From Bifidobacterium longum subsp. longum JCM 1217 (GTDB lineage Bacteria > Actinomycetota > Actinomycetes > Actinomycetales > Bifidobacteriaceae), in the NCBI RefSeq assembly GCF_000196555.1, contig NC_015067.1, positions 780,001 through 812,000 on the forward strand: DNA of 32,000 nucleotides, written 5' to 3'. This document shows, piece after piece, positions 1-8,103 of this stretch (positions are counted from its first letter, which is position 1; every line of letters starts with the position of its first letter). Below the pieces are notes generated by a model. That model had not been told where the DNA came from, did not search any database, and saw nothing but the letters and a program-made list of their open reading frames with translations. A program made the translations under genes and the position numbers.

Positions 1-1
1 G

Positions 2-232
2 CAGCAGGTCTCTTCGGCACAGCGTGCCCGTCGTATCACCGGTCATGTCAGGGTGAAGCGTGATCTCATCGGCCATGGCGACGCGGTGCTTCTCGTTGAT
101 GACATCGTCACCACAGGTGCCACCGTGCGGCAATGCGTTCAGGCGTTTCAGCAGGCCGGCACCAAGGTGGTGGGCGTGCTGGTATTGGCGGATGCCGTGG
201 TGCGACGGTCCGATGACGATATCAACGGGTGA
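2..232 (+). CDS. ComF-family phosphoribosyltransferase-domain protein, C-terminal fragment (5' end lies outside the window)
   Basis: The frame is open from the window edge to TGA at 230-232. My translation, ...RARRITGHVRVKRDLIGHGDAVLLVDDIVTTGATVRQCVQAFQQAGTKVVGVLVLADA..., contains the PRPP-binding loop (LLVDD-x-VTTGAT) typical of ComF/type I PRTases. It is absent from the ORF track because no start codon lies in the window. Confidence 0.6.
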   Translation, partial: QQVSSAQRARRITGHVRVKRDLIGHGDAVLLVDDIVTTGATVRQCVQAFQQAGTKVVGVLVLADAVVRRSDDDING

Positions 233-534
233 ATGACATCGGTTACGATGCCCCAGATAGCAGGCGAAGCGCCGTTGCTCGGCATGTAATCGGGGTATCG
301 CGGATTCTCGGCGTGCAATATGGTGATGCCGGCCCGTGAAACCAGCCGCTTGATGGCGATTTCGTCGTCCATGACAGCCGCAACCACATCTCCGGGGACT
401 GGTGTTAACGAACGATCGACAATCAGCAGATCGCCGTTGTGAATACCGGCATTGATCATGGAATCGCCGGCCATCTGCATAACAAACAGCGTGGCCTCGT
501 GCGCCATGGCCTGTGACTCGGATTGCTGTGTCAT
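148..534 (-). CDS. Stand-alone S24 peptidase, UmuD/LexA C-terminal-domain-like (128 aa)
   Basis: This is the inner part of track ORF 148..807. ATG at 534 is preceded by GGAGG (reverse complement of 541-545). It has the S24 motifs AGDSM (catalytic Ser) and AIKRL (Lys), plus DLLIVD. The upstream part of the track ORF overlaps the kinase gene and the SOS box and is R/P/S-rich, so I rejected it as coding. Confidence 0.75.
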   Translation of the reverse strand: MTQQSESQAMAHEATLFVMQMAGDSMINAGIHNGDLLIVDRSLTPVPGDVVAAVMDDEIAIKRLVSRAGITILHAENPRYPDYMPSNGASPAIWGIVTDVIHPLISSSDRRTTASANTSTPTTLVPAC

Positions 535-549
535 GCTGCGCCTCCCACC

Positions 550-577
550 CTGTATTCGAACATCTGTTCGAATACAG
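550..577. promoter_or_regulatory. LexA operator (actinobacterial SOS box TCGAAC-N4-GTTCGA) within a 28-bp perfect palindrome
   Basis: CTGTATTCGAAC ATCT GTTCGAATACAG has 12+12 perfectly complementary arms, with the core at 556-571. It lies between a TATACT -10-like hexamer (minus strand, 576-581) and the RBS of the S24 peptidase gene. Confidence 0.75.
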
Positions 578-601
578 TATACGGTAGGACGTCGGACAAT
601 A

Positions 602-1678
602 TCAGCGTTCGGCGATGTGATATTTAGGCAGGATGATTTCGAAATCGGCACCTCGCGTGTCGTCGACCACTTTGACGGTGCCACCGTGCAATTGGGCCGC
701 CCAGCGCGCGATGGACAGGCCAAGACCGGTGCCGCCCGACTCGGTGCCGGGACCCGTCTTGCCTTTGACAAAGCGCCGGAAGATGTCCAAACGGTCGGAA
801 GGCGCAATCTGGGAGCCGAAATTCACCACATTGGTCACGATGGTGCCTTGGTTTTCGTCCTCGTGGGCGTCGACCAGCACGGTGGTGCCGTCGGCCGAAT
901 GTTTCAGCGCGTTGGCGATGATGTTGGTGAATAGCTGGCGCAGGCGGTCCTGATCGCCTTCCATCGTGATGTCGGCCGGCACGGTGACGCGGATGTCGTG
1001 GGCGTGGCCACCATCGGCGATTTCCAACGGCTCGATGGTCTCGTCAAGAAAGTCGGCGAAGTTGAACTTTTCGATATTCAGACTCGCCGCACCGGCCTCC
1101 ATACGGCTCAGGTCCAGTAGGAAGGCGATGAGATCGGAGAGACGCTGCGTTTGGGTGAGGATGCTCTCCAGATTGGTGGGAGTGGGCTCGGTGACGCCGT
1201 CGGCCATGTTCTCGACCATCGCCTGCAAAGCGGAAACGGGCGTGCGCAGCTCATGGCTCACATTGGCGATCATGTCGCGGCGCATTTTATCGGCATGCTC
1301 GAGTTCGCCGGCCATCTCGTTGAACGAGCGAGCCAGCTTGCCGACCTCGTCATGACGATCCTGATCGATATCCACGCGGACCGTGTAATCGCCATCCGCC
1401 ATGGCTTCGGCCACATCGCGCATCTGGCGTAGGGGAGCGGTGATGCCGCGAGAGAAGAAATAGGTGATGCCCAAGGCCACCACCAAAGTCAGCGGCATGG
1501 CGATCCAACCGGACCAGCCGAATTTCAGGAGGAACCAGCACATGGCAAACGCGATGGCAGTGGCGATAACGATCAGTGCGCTGAGTTCCAGCTTCAGAGA
1601 TGAGAACAAATCAACCGGCTTGACGCGAGGTTTCATCGCATCAAGCCGGGATTGCTGTTGTTTTTTGGATGCCATCAC
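602..1678 (-). CDS. Sensor histidine kinase (two closely spaced TM helices, HAMP, HisKA, HATPase_c)
   Basis: 358-aa ORF. It has the H-box SHELRTP, N-box NALKHS, G-box GTGLGLSIA, and a HAMP-like segment after two TM helices joined by a very short loop. Its start overlaps the stop of the upstream response regulator by 4 nt (1675-1678), which suggests translational coupling. Confidence 0.9.
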   Translation of the reverse strand: MMASKKQQQSRLDAMKPRVKPVDLFSSLKLELSALIVIATAIAFAMCWFLLKFGWSGWIAMPLTLVVALGITYFFSRGITAPLRQMRDVAEAMADGDYTVRVDIDQDRHDEVGKLARSFNEMAGELEHADKMRRDMIANVSHELRTPVSALQAMVENMADGVTEPTPTNLESILTQTQRLSDLIAFLLDLSRMEAGAASLNIEKFNFADFLDETIEPLEIADGGHAHDIRVTVPADITMEGDQDRLRQLFTNIIANALKHSADGTTVLVDAHEDENQGTIVTNVVNFGSQIAPSDRLDIFRRFVKGKTGPGTESGGTGLGLSIARWAAQLHGGTVKVVDDTRGADFEIILPKYHIAER

Positions 1679-2397
1679 GCGGTCGGCGGCTCGAAAGCGT
1701 AGCCCACGCCATGCACGGTGCGGATGGTATCGGCACCGAGCTTATGGCGCAGCGCCTTGACGTGGCTGTCGACGGTGCGGGTGCCGGATGCGTCGACCCA
1801 GTCCCAGACCTCTTCGAGCAGCTTTTCGCGGGTGAGCACCGACTTCGGGCGGCGGGCCAGCGTGGCCAGCAGATCGAACTCGGTGGGGGTCAGATGCACC
1901 TGTTCGCCGTTCACGGTGACGATGCGCTGGGCCGGGTCGATGACCATCGAACCGAAGTCGAGCAGCTTCTCGTTCTCCGAGTTCTTGGCGATGACCTTCG
2001 CACGCTCCACGCGGCGCAGCAGCGCCTTGCAGCGGGCGATAAGCTCGCGCATGGAGAACGGCTTGGTCATGTAATCATCGGCACCCGCTCCCAGACCGAT
2101 GACCTTGTCGGCCTCGTCATCACGTGCGGTGAGGATCAGCACCGGCACCGGACGTTCGGCGACGATGCGTTTGGTGGCCTCTAGACCATCCATAACCGGC
2201 AGCATGATGTCCATGATCACCAGATCGGGGCGTAGCTGGGACGCGGCCTGGACGGCGGAAGCGCCGTCCCCGGCCACGCGAGCGGTCCATCCTTCAGCGG
2301 TGATGCGCTGGGCGATGGCCGTGGCGAGCGTGGGCTCGTCCTCGACCACCAGCACCGTGCGCGGTGTCGTATTCTGACGCGCTGTGGTATTGAGCAT
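1675..2397 (-). CDS. OmpR/PhoB-family response regulator
   Basis: 240-aa ORF. It has a receiver domain (VLVVEDEP ... DLVIMDIMLPVMDG ... LTARDD) and a winged-helix output domain (LTPTEFDLL ... RTVDSHVKALRHKL ... GVGY). Confidence 0.92.
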   Translation of the reverse strand: MLNTTARQNTTPRTVLVVEDEPTLATAIAQRITAEGWTARVAGDGASAVQAASQLRPDLVIMDIMLPVMDGLEATKRIVAERPVPVLILTARDDEADKVIGLGAGADDYMTKPFSMRELIARCKALLRRVERAKVIAKNSENEKLLDFGSMVIDPAQRIVTVNGEQVHLTPTEFDLLATLARRPKSVLTREKLLEEVWDWVDASGTRTVDSHVKALRHKLGADTIRTVHGVGYAFEPPTA

Positions 2398-2432
2398 AAA
2401 TAAACCGGTTACCTTTCAGCCTGTTGACCAGT

Positions 2433-4685
2433 TCAGTCTTCCGGCTTCAAGAATACAACTCCCAGAGCCGGAACGGTGATCTTCGCCGAGAACGGACGTG
2501 AATGATATTCGCCCTCGACCGCTTCGAAGGTGCCGTTGTGGATGTCGGAGCCGCCGTACTTGGCGTCATCGGTGGTGAACACTTCGGTCCACTTGCCGCC
2601 GGTGGGCAGCGCCACCTGGTAATCGGACCAGGCCTCACCGGAGAAGTTGACCACCACGGCCAAGGTCTCGCCCTTGGTACCGATGCGCAGGAAGCTCAGC
2701 GTGTTGTGGTCGGCATCGTCGCTGGTCAGCCACTGGAAGCCGGCCGGGTCGAAGTCCTGGCTCCATAGTGCCGGATGCGCCTTGTAGAAGGCGTTAAGGT
2801 CGGCGACCATGGTCTGGACCTGACGGTGCTCCTGCCAGTTCAGGCAATCCCAATCGATGGAGGCGTCGTGATCCCACTCGCCCCACTGGGCCAGCTCGTT
2901 GCCCATGAAGGAGAGCTTCTTGCCTGGGTGAGCCCACTGATAGGCGAACATCGAACGCACGCCGGCCAGCTTCTGCCAGTCATCGCCCGGCATCTTGCCG
3001 TACAGGGAACCCTTGCCGTACACGACTTCGTCGTGGCTGATGGGCAATACGTAGTGTTCGGAGTAGGCGTACACCATGGAGAAGGTGATCTCGTTGTGGT
3101 GCCACTTGCGGTTGATGGGCTCCTCGTGCAGATACTCGAGGGTGTCGTGCATCCAGCCCATGTTCCACTTCATGCCGAAGCCGATGCCGCCGGCGGAAGT
3201 GGGGGCGGTGATGCCCGGCCATGCGGTGGACTCCTCGGCGATCACCATGACGCCGGGGTTGTTCTTGTACGCGGTGGCGGTGGCCTCCTTGAGGAAGTCG
3301 ATGGCCTCCAGGTTCTCGCGTCCGCCGTAGATGTTCGGGCGCCAATGGCCGGGTTCGCGGCTGTAGTCGAGGTAGAGCATGGAGCTGACGGCATCCACGC
3401 GCAGTGCATCGACGTGCAGGTCCTCAAGCCAGAACAGGGCGTTGGCCACCAGGAAGTTGCGTACTTCGCGGCGTCCGAAGTTGAACACATAGGTGCCCCA
3501 TTCAGGGTGTTCGCCGCGCAGCGGGTCCGGGTCCTCGTACAGCGGGGTGCCGTCGAAGCGGCCGAGCGCGAAGGCATCCTTCGGGAAGTGGGCGGGCACC
3601 CAGTCCATGATCACGCCGATGCCGGCCTGATGGAACTGGTCGACCAGGTAACGGAAGTCGTCGGGGGAACCGAGACGGGAGTCGACCGCATAGTAGCCGG
3701 TGACCTGATAGCCCCAGGAGCCGGAGAACGGGTGCTGGGCCAGTGGCATGAACTCCACGTGGGTGAAGCCTTCCTGCTTGACGTAGTCCACGAGCTGCTT
3801 GGCCAGGTCGCGGTAGGTCAGTCCCTGCCTCCAGCTGCCGGCGTGCACCTCATAGATGGAGACCGGGCCATCATGCGGGTTGGTGGTGCGGCGGTGCTGC
3901 ATCCAGGCGTCATCGTTCCACTTGTAGGTGGATTCGGTGACGATGGAGGCGGTGTTCGGCGGAACTTCGTGCTGACGCTCCATCGGGTCAGCCTTCATCT
4001 CCCACGTGTAATTGGCGTTCAGGATCTGGAACTTGTAGGTCTCGCCCGCGCCGATTCCGGGGATGAAGATCTCCCACACGCCGGAGGAGCCGAGCTCGCG
4101 CATGGCATGACGGCGGCCATCCCAAGCGTTGAAGTTACCGACTACGCGCACGGCATGGGCGTTCGGGGCCCACACGGAGAATGCGGTGCCTACCACCTGT
4201 TCGCCGGGCGTGCCGTCTGCGCCGCCCATCGGATCGTCATAGCGCAGCACATGCGCGCCAAGCGTCTCCCAGAGCTTCTCGTGACGGCCCTCGCCGAACA
4301 GATAGGTGTCCATGTCACCGACTGTGGGCATATAGCGATATGGGTCGTCCTCAATGAGCACTGCGCCGCTTTCCCACTCGGTCCTGACACGGTAGTCGGG
4401 AATCGTGGGCTGCTTCTTAGTGCCGGAAGCCGGCACGGTAACCACGAACACGCCGTTGTATTCGTGGGTCATCGGGTATTCGCCATCCTGGGTGAGGATG
4501 GTCACGGACTTGGCAAGCGGACGCAGCACGCGGATTGTGGCGGTGTCGGCATGCTTGCCGATGCCGAGATGCCCGCCGAGAACTCCGTGGGGGTTGTAGA
4601 ATTCAGCATTGCTCGTCGCATCGAGGTCGCCTTGGGCGACAGGCACGGTGACGGTATCTTCCTTGATTTTCGTTTCTTTGGCCAT
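2433..4685 (-). CDS. glgB: 1,4-alpha-glucan (glycogen) branching enzyme
   Basis: 750-aa ORF with GH13 branching-enzyme motifs ([48 protein letters not shown]). Confidence 0.95.
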   Translation of the reverse strand: MAKETKIKEDTVTVPVAQGDLDATSNAEFYNPHGVLGGHLGIGKHADTATIRVLRPLAKSVTILTQDGEYPMTHEYNGVFVVTVPASGTKKQPTIPDYRVRTEWESGAVLIEDDPYRYMPTVGDMDTYLFGEGRHEKLWETLGAHVLRYDDPMGGADGTPGEQVVGTAFSVWAPNAHAVRVVGNFNAWDGRRHAMRELGSSGVWEIFIPGIGAGETYKFQILNANYTWEMKADPMERQHEVPPNTASIVTESTYKWNDDAWMQHRRTTNPHDGPVSIYEVHAGSWRQGLTYRDLAKQLVDYVKQEGFTHVEFMPLAQHPFSGSWGYQVTGYYAVDSRLGSPDDFRYLVDQFHQAGIGVIMDWVPAHFPKDAFALGRFDGTPLYEDPDPLRGEHPEWGTYVFNFGRREVRNFLVANALFWLEDLHVDALRVDAVSSMLYLDYSREPGHWRPNIYGGRENLEAIDFLKEATATAYKNNPGVMVIAEESTAWPGITAPTSAGGIGFGMKWNMGWMHDTLEYLHEEPINRKWHHNEITFSMVYAYSEHYVLPISHDEVVYGKGSLYGKMPGDDWQKLAGVRSMFAYQWAHPGKKLSFMGNELAQWGEWDHDASIDWDCLNWQEHRQVQTMVADLNAFYKAHPALWSQDFDPAGFQWLTSDDADHNTLSFLRIGTKGETLAVVVNFSGEAWSDYQVALPTGGKWTEVFTTDDAKYGGSDIHNGTFEAVEGEYHSRPFSAKITVPALGVVFLKPED

Positions 4686-4776
4686 GTCCCAAAGTCTACG
4701 TGCGTTGAAGTCGAAAACGCTACATTGGCGCGTCGAAAATGGCGAATTCTTGCCCTTTTCGTTGTGTTTCCGTGGT

Positions 4777-4790
4777 TGTGAGCGCTCTCA
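4777..4790. promoter_or_regulatory. Candidate LacI-family operator half-degenerate palindrome TGTGAGCGCTCTCA in the glgB/carD divergent region
   Basis: It matches the perfect palindrome at 15989-16002 at 13 of 14 positions, including a shared 11-mer TGTGAGCGCTC. It lies 92 nt upstream of the glgB start and 73 nt upstream of the carD start. Confidence 0.4.
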
Positions 4791-4862
4791 TAGGGGTGGT
4801 CCAGACCGCATGGCATAATTATTCGAGTTTTCGTGTGTAAGCCGTCAGTTCTCGGAGGGTAC

Positions 4863-5456
4863 ATGTCTTACAAAGTCGGCGATATGGTCGTCTATCCGCG
4901 TCATGGTGCAGCGAAGGTGGAGGCCATTACCGAGCGGACGGTCAAGGGAGTGACGCGCGAATATCTGCAGTTGTCCGTACTCTCTTCCGATGGTTTGGTC
5001 ATCAACGTTCCCGTGGACAATGCCAAGAAGGTCGGTGTGCGTGACATCGTCTCCGCATCCGAAGTGGCCAAGGTGTTCGGCATCCTGCGGACCCCGATCA
5101 TCGAGAAAGAGATGAACTGGTCTCGCCGTTACAAGCTGAACGTCGAAAAGATCGCCACCGGCGATGTCAACAAGATCGCCGAAGTGGTTCGCGATCTCGC
5201 CCAGCGCGATGTCGACGAGCACGGCCTGTCCGCGGGCGAGAAGCGCATGCTCACCAAGGCCCGTGCCATTCTGACTTCTGAGATCGCCTTGTCCGAGAAG
5301 ATCGACGAGGCGGAAGCCCAGCGTCTGCTCGACGTGAATCTGGGCTACGAGCCCGCTCAGCCCGGTGACGACAAGCATCACACCGCCGAGCCCGAAGAGG
5401 CCGCGGCCGATACTTTGGCTCGTGTTGAAGCCGAGAAGAAGTCCAAGAAGAAGTGA
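4863..5456 (+). CDS. carD: CarD/CdnL-family RNA-polymerase-binding transcription regulator
   Basis: I chose ATG 4863 ([20 protein letters not shown]...), which follows GGAGGG at 4854-4859, over the track start 4833. The N-terminal CarD_CdnL_TRCF-type domain is recognisable. The C-terminus carries an acidic/basic tail ending KKSKKK. Confidence 0.88.
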   Translation: MSYKVGDMVVYPRHGAAKVEAITERTVKGVTREYLQLSVLSSDGLVINVPVDNAKKVGVRDIVSASEVAKVFGILRTPIIEKEMNWSRRYKLNVEKIATGDVNKIAEVVRDLAQRDVDEHGLSAGEKRMLTKARAILTSEIALSEKIDEAEAQRLLDVNLGYEPAQPGDDKHHTAEPEEAAADTLARVEAEKKSKKK

Positions 5457-5564
5457 TTTGATTGTTTTGAGGCCCCGGTCGTGTCCTTATGCGATGCGCC
5501 GGGGCTTCGTGATTCATAATCGTTTGCTGCCGTTCGTCTGGGCAACGCCATCGAAGGGGACTGC

Positions 5565-6089
5565 ATGGGGTCTGTAGGAGTGCTGATAGGGCAAGGTTTT
5601 GACGCTCACCGTTTTGCGCCTGCTGGCTCAGGCCGTGAACTGTGGATTGCCGGGCTCTACTGGCCGGTGCCTGATTCATGCAGCGAGGCCGATGCCGCCA
5701 AATACGAGGGGATCGAAGGCGATTCCGATGGCGATGTGGCCGCGCACGCTCTGATTGACGCGTTGCTTGCCGCCGCCCGATTGGGAGACATTGGTTCACT
5801 GTTCGGTGTCGGTGCGGACGCGCATGGTGCCGGAATGCATGGCATCGATATGTTGCAAGAAGTTGTGGCGCATCTGGCATCCAACGGGTATACGCCGGAA
5901 TCGGCCTCGGTGGCGATCATCGGTAACCGCCCGAAAATCGGCACACGCCGTGCTGAAGCCGAAGCCGCCCTGTCTGCGGCGGTTGGTTGCCCGGTATCGG
6001 TTACTGCCACCACCACCGACCATATGGGATTCACTGGCCGCGGCGAAGGCATCGCCGCCATCGCCAATGCCTTGGTGGAGAAGATATAA
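5565..6089 (+). CDS. ispF: 2-C-methyl-D-erythritol 2,4-cyclodiphosphate synthase
   Basis: 174-aa ORF with the IspF motifs GQGFDAHRF and GDSDGDVAAHALIDALL, and a GAAGGGGA RBS upstream of the ATG. Confidence 0.88.
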   Translation: MGSVGVLIGQGFDAHRFAPAGSGRELWIAGLYWPVPDSCSEADAAKYEGIEGDSDGDVAAHALIDALLAAARLGDIGSLFGVGADAHGAGMHGIDMLQEVVAHLASNGYTPESASVAIIGNRPKIGTRRAEAEAALSAAVGCPVSVTATTTDHMGFTGRGEGIAAIANALVEKI

Positions 6090-6093
6090 CAAA

Positions 6094-6122
6094 GCCCCCG
6101 CTATGAATTCGCCAGCGGGGGC
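6094..6122. terminator. Bidirectional intrinsic-terminator-like hairpin between convergent ispF and the ABC permease gene
   Basis: GCCCCCGCT ... AGCGGGGGC forms a 9-bp GC stem. An A-run lies on the plus strand downstream (a T-run for the opposite direction), and TTTGTTAT follows on the minus strand. Confidence 0.5.
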
Positions 6123-6140
6123 AAGAAAAAATGGATGAGA

Positions 6141-6974
6141 TTACTTCCGCATCGTCTCCACGGCTTTGGCGATAGCCCAGAACAGGGTGGAAAGCGTCAC
6201 GATGATGAAGCTCGGGGGAGCGGGGAACATCGCCGACAGCACGAGTCCGGCCCAAATCGACACCAAGCACAGCACGCTGGCGATCACCATTGCCTTGAAT
6301 GGGGAGCCGGCCAGAATATTGGCGGTGGCCGCGGGCGTAATCACCAGTGCGAAAATCAGCAAGGTGCCCACTGCCGGCACGGCGATGGTGATCACACCGG
6401 CCATAATCGCCATAAACGCCACGTTCATCAGCCCGATCGGCACACCCTTGGCCTGTGCCACCTGCTCATCCAGCGAGCTGAACAGCAGCGGGCGGTAGAT
6501 GATGGCCAACAATGCCAGCAGCAGTACGTCGAACACGGCGAAGCCGATGATCTGGCCGGTGGTGATGGTCAGGATCGAGCCGAAGAGGATCGACTGCATC
6601 TGCTGGGAGGCGGAACTCGACAATCGCGCGAAGAACAGACCCAAGCCGGTGGCGAAGGCCAGCACGGTGCCGGTGGCGATTTCACGCTCGGAAACGCGCT
6701 TGCCCAAAGCACCGATCACCAGTGCGCCGCCCAGTGCGAACACGCCCATGCCCAGTGACACGGGCAGGCCGAGCAACACCGCGCCGGTCGCGCCCGGCAG
6801 ACCGATATGGGCCAGCGCATGGGCCGCGAAGGTGGAACGACGGGCGATGGTGAAGTATCCCATGACACCGGCGGCTAGGGCAATGCACAGGCCGGCGATG
6901 AAGGCGTTGGTCATGAATGGAGCGGACAGTGTATCCAGCCATTCGGGATCATACGAAAAGTTGATGGTGCTCAT
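6141..6974 (-). CDS. Metal (Zn/Mn/Fe-type, ABC-3 family) ABC transporter permease
   Basis: 277-aa highly hydrophobic ORF with multiple TM segments. It resembles ZnuB/MntB/TroC-type permeases and is adjacent to a matching ATPase and a cluster A-I binding protein. Confidence 0.88.
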   Translation of the reverse strand: MSTINFSYDPEWLDTLSAPFMTNAFIAGLCIALAAGVMGYFTIARRSTFAAHALAHIGLPGATGAVLLGLPVSLGMGVFALGGALVIGALGKRVSEREIATGTVLAFATGLGLFFARLSSSASQQMQSILFGSILTITTGQIIGFAVFDVLLLALLAIIYRPLLFSSLDEQVAQAKGVPIGLMNVAFMAIMAGVITIAVPAVGTLLIFALVITPAATANILAGSPFKAMVIASVLCLVSIWAGLVLSAMFPAPPSFIIVTLSTLFWAIAKAVETMRK

Positions 6975-7040
6975 GTCTCTGTATTTTCTCCATGCCTGAG
7001 CTGCAGTCCGTTGATGGGCTGTGGGTCGGCTCGCTTGATG

Positions 7041-7931
7041 TTATCGATTCTCGGCGCTGATGGCGGCACTGCCATTGGTGGCATTGCCGTGCTCGTGATG
7101 GTGCAATTGCGCCACTTCGGCTGCCGTGTGCATATCCTGCGGCTGGTCCTGGAGCTCATCCGGCGTCGGGGTCACGAACATGTCTCCCTGCGGAGTGGTG
7201 ACCACCTGCACCTGTGTGCCGTAGAGGTGGGTGAGTAGGTCGGAGTCGAGCACTTTGTGCATATCGGCGTAGTGCGGGTGACCGTCGAGCAAGTAGACGG
7301 CACCGGTCAGAATCGGCAAGAGCATATTGAGATCGTGCGCAACCACCTGGATGGTCATGTTCAGTTCGCGGTTCAGCTTGGCCAGCACGTGTACGGTGGC
7401 GCGCTGACTGGCCAGATCGAGGTTGGCCAACGGCTCGTCAAGCATCAGCAGTTGTGGGTCGCACACCAACGCCTGGGCGATGGCCACACGCTGGCGCAAA
7501 CCGCCGGACAGTTCGGACAGACGGTACCGCGCCTTGTCGGCGATGCCGGTGAACTCCATCGCCTCGAGCGCTTTGGCTTTCTGGGCCTTGGTGATGGGGT
7601 GGATGCCGAATCGGGTGCCGGTCAGGCCCAGCAACACGGATTGTTCGGCGGTGAGATTGGAATCGACATTCGCCACATAGCTCTGCGGCACATATCCGAT
7701 GCGTTTGTTCATCTCGCCTGCGGGCTTGCCCAGCACGGTCAGGCTGCCATGACAGAGCGGCAAAAGGCCCAGCTCGGCCCTCATCATCGTGGTTTTGCCG
7801 GTGCCGTTGGTGCCGACGATGGCCGTGACCGAACCGGTGGGAATGGCGAAGGTGCCATGCTGCCAGATGATATGGTCGCCACGCTTGATGGCGGCATCGC
7901 TGAACACGATGCAATCGGAAGTTTCACTCAT
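7041..7931 (-). CDS. Metal ABC transporter ATP-binding protein with a His-rich C-terminal tail
   Basis: I chose ATG 7931 (MSETSDCIVF...) over the track start 8048. It has Walker A GTNGTGKTT, signature LSGGLRQR and Walker B LLMLDEP. The C-terminal tail reads ...QLHHHEHGNATNG.... Confidence 0.88.
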   Translation of the reverse strand: MSETSDCIVFSDAAIKRGDHIIWQHGTFAIPTGSVTAIVGTNGTGKTTMMRAELGLLPLCHGSLTVLGKPAGEMNKRIGYVPQSYVANVDSNLTAEQSVLLGLTGTRFGIHPITKAQKAKALEAMEFTGIADKARYRLSELSGGLRQRVAIAQALVCDPQLLMLDEPLANLDLASQRATVHVLAKLNRELNMTIQVVAHDLNMLLPILTGAVYLLDGHPHYADMHKVLDSDLLTHLYGTQVQVVTTPQGDMFVTPTPDELQDQPQDMHTAAEVAQLHHHEHGNATNGSAAISAENR

Positions 7932-7948
7932 AACGCCCGATTGTGGCA

Positions 7949-7967
7949 AACGATGCTGACAATCGTT
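7949..7967. promoter_or_regulatory. Inverted repeat AACGAT-N7-ATCGTT upstream of the ABC ATPase gene (candidate operator)
   Basis: AACGATGCTGACAATCGTT lies 18 nt upstream of the ATPase start codon. Its half-sites are identical to those of the palindrome at 9350-9366. Confidence 0.3.
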
Positions 7968-7999
7968 CTCAATATCGTGTACGGATGGTGATAACCAAA

Positions 8000-8046
8000 G
8001 AGAAGGGTTGTGCGGCCATCTCGACAATGGTCGCACAACCCTTCTC
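8000..8046 (-). terminator. Intrinsic-terminator-like hairpin after the binding-protein gene
   Basis: GAGAAGGGTTGTGCG (8000-8014) and CGCACAACCCTTCTC (8032-8046) form a perfect 15-bp stem. On the minus strand it is followed by TTTGGTTAT. Confidence 0.55.
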
Positions 8047-8103
8047 ATGCAAGGCGTCTATTGGCATTGGCACGAATCCGATGCCGGTGTCCTTTGCTTC
8101 TAA

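Noticed and set aside
535-807. Upstream extension of the S24 peptidase ORF (track 148..807, 219 aa)
   Set aside because: The extension overlaps the kinase gene 3' end in another frame, would translate through the SOS box and RBS, and is R/P/S-rich with no wHTH-like sequence. ATG 534, with a perfect GGAGG upstream, is the better start.
2775-4781. Very long ORFs antisense to real genes: 2775..4781 (668 aa, opposite glgB), 10366..11691 (opposite rpsA), 13712..14800 (opposite uvrB), 16041..17534 (opposite pyk), 24541..26238 (opposite glgX), 30154..31446 (opposite ackA), 8266..9318 and 6135..6758
   Set aside because: Each lies opposite a gene with unmistakable conserved motifs. Their translations are low-complexity, rich in G/A/V/D/R/H, and show no motifs I recognise. 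Stop codons are simply rare on the antisense strand of GC-rich coding DNA. I treat them as shadow ORFs.
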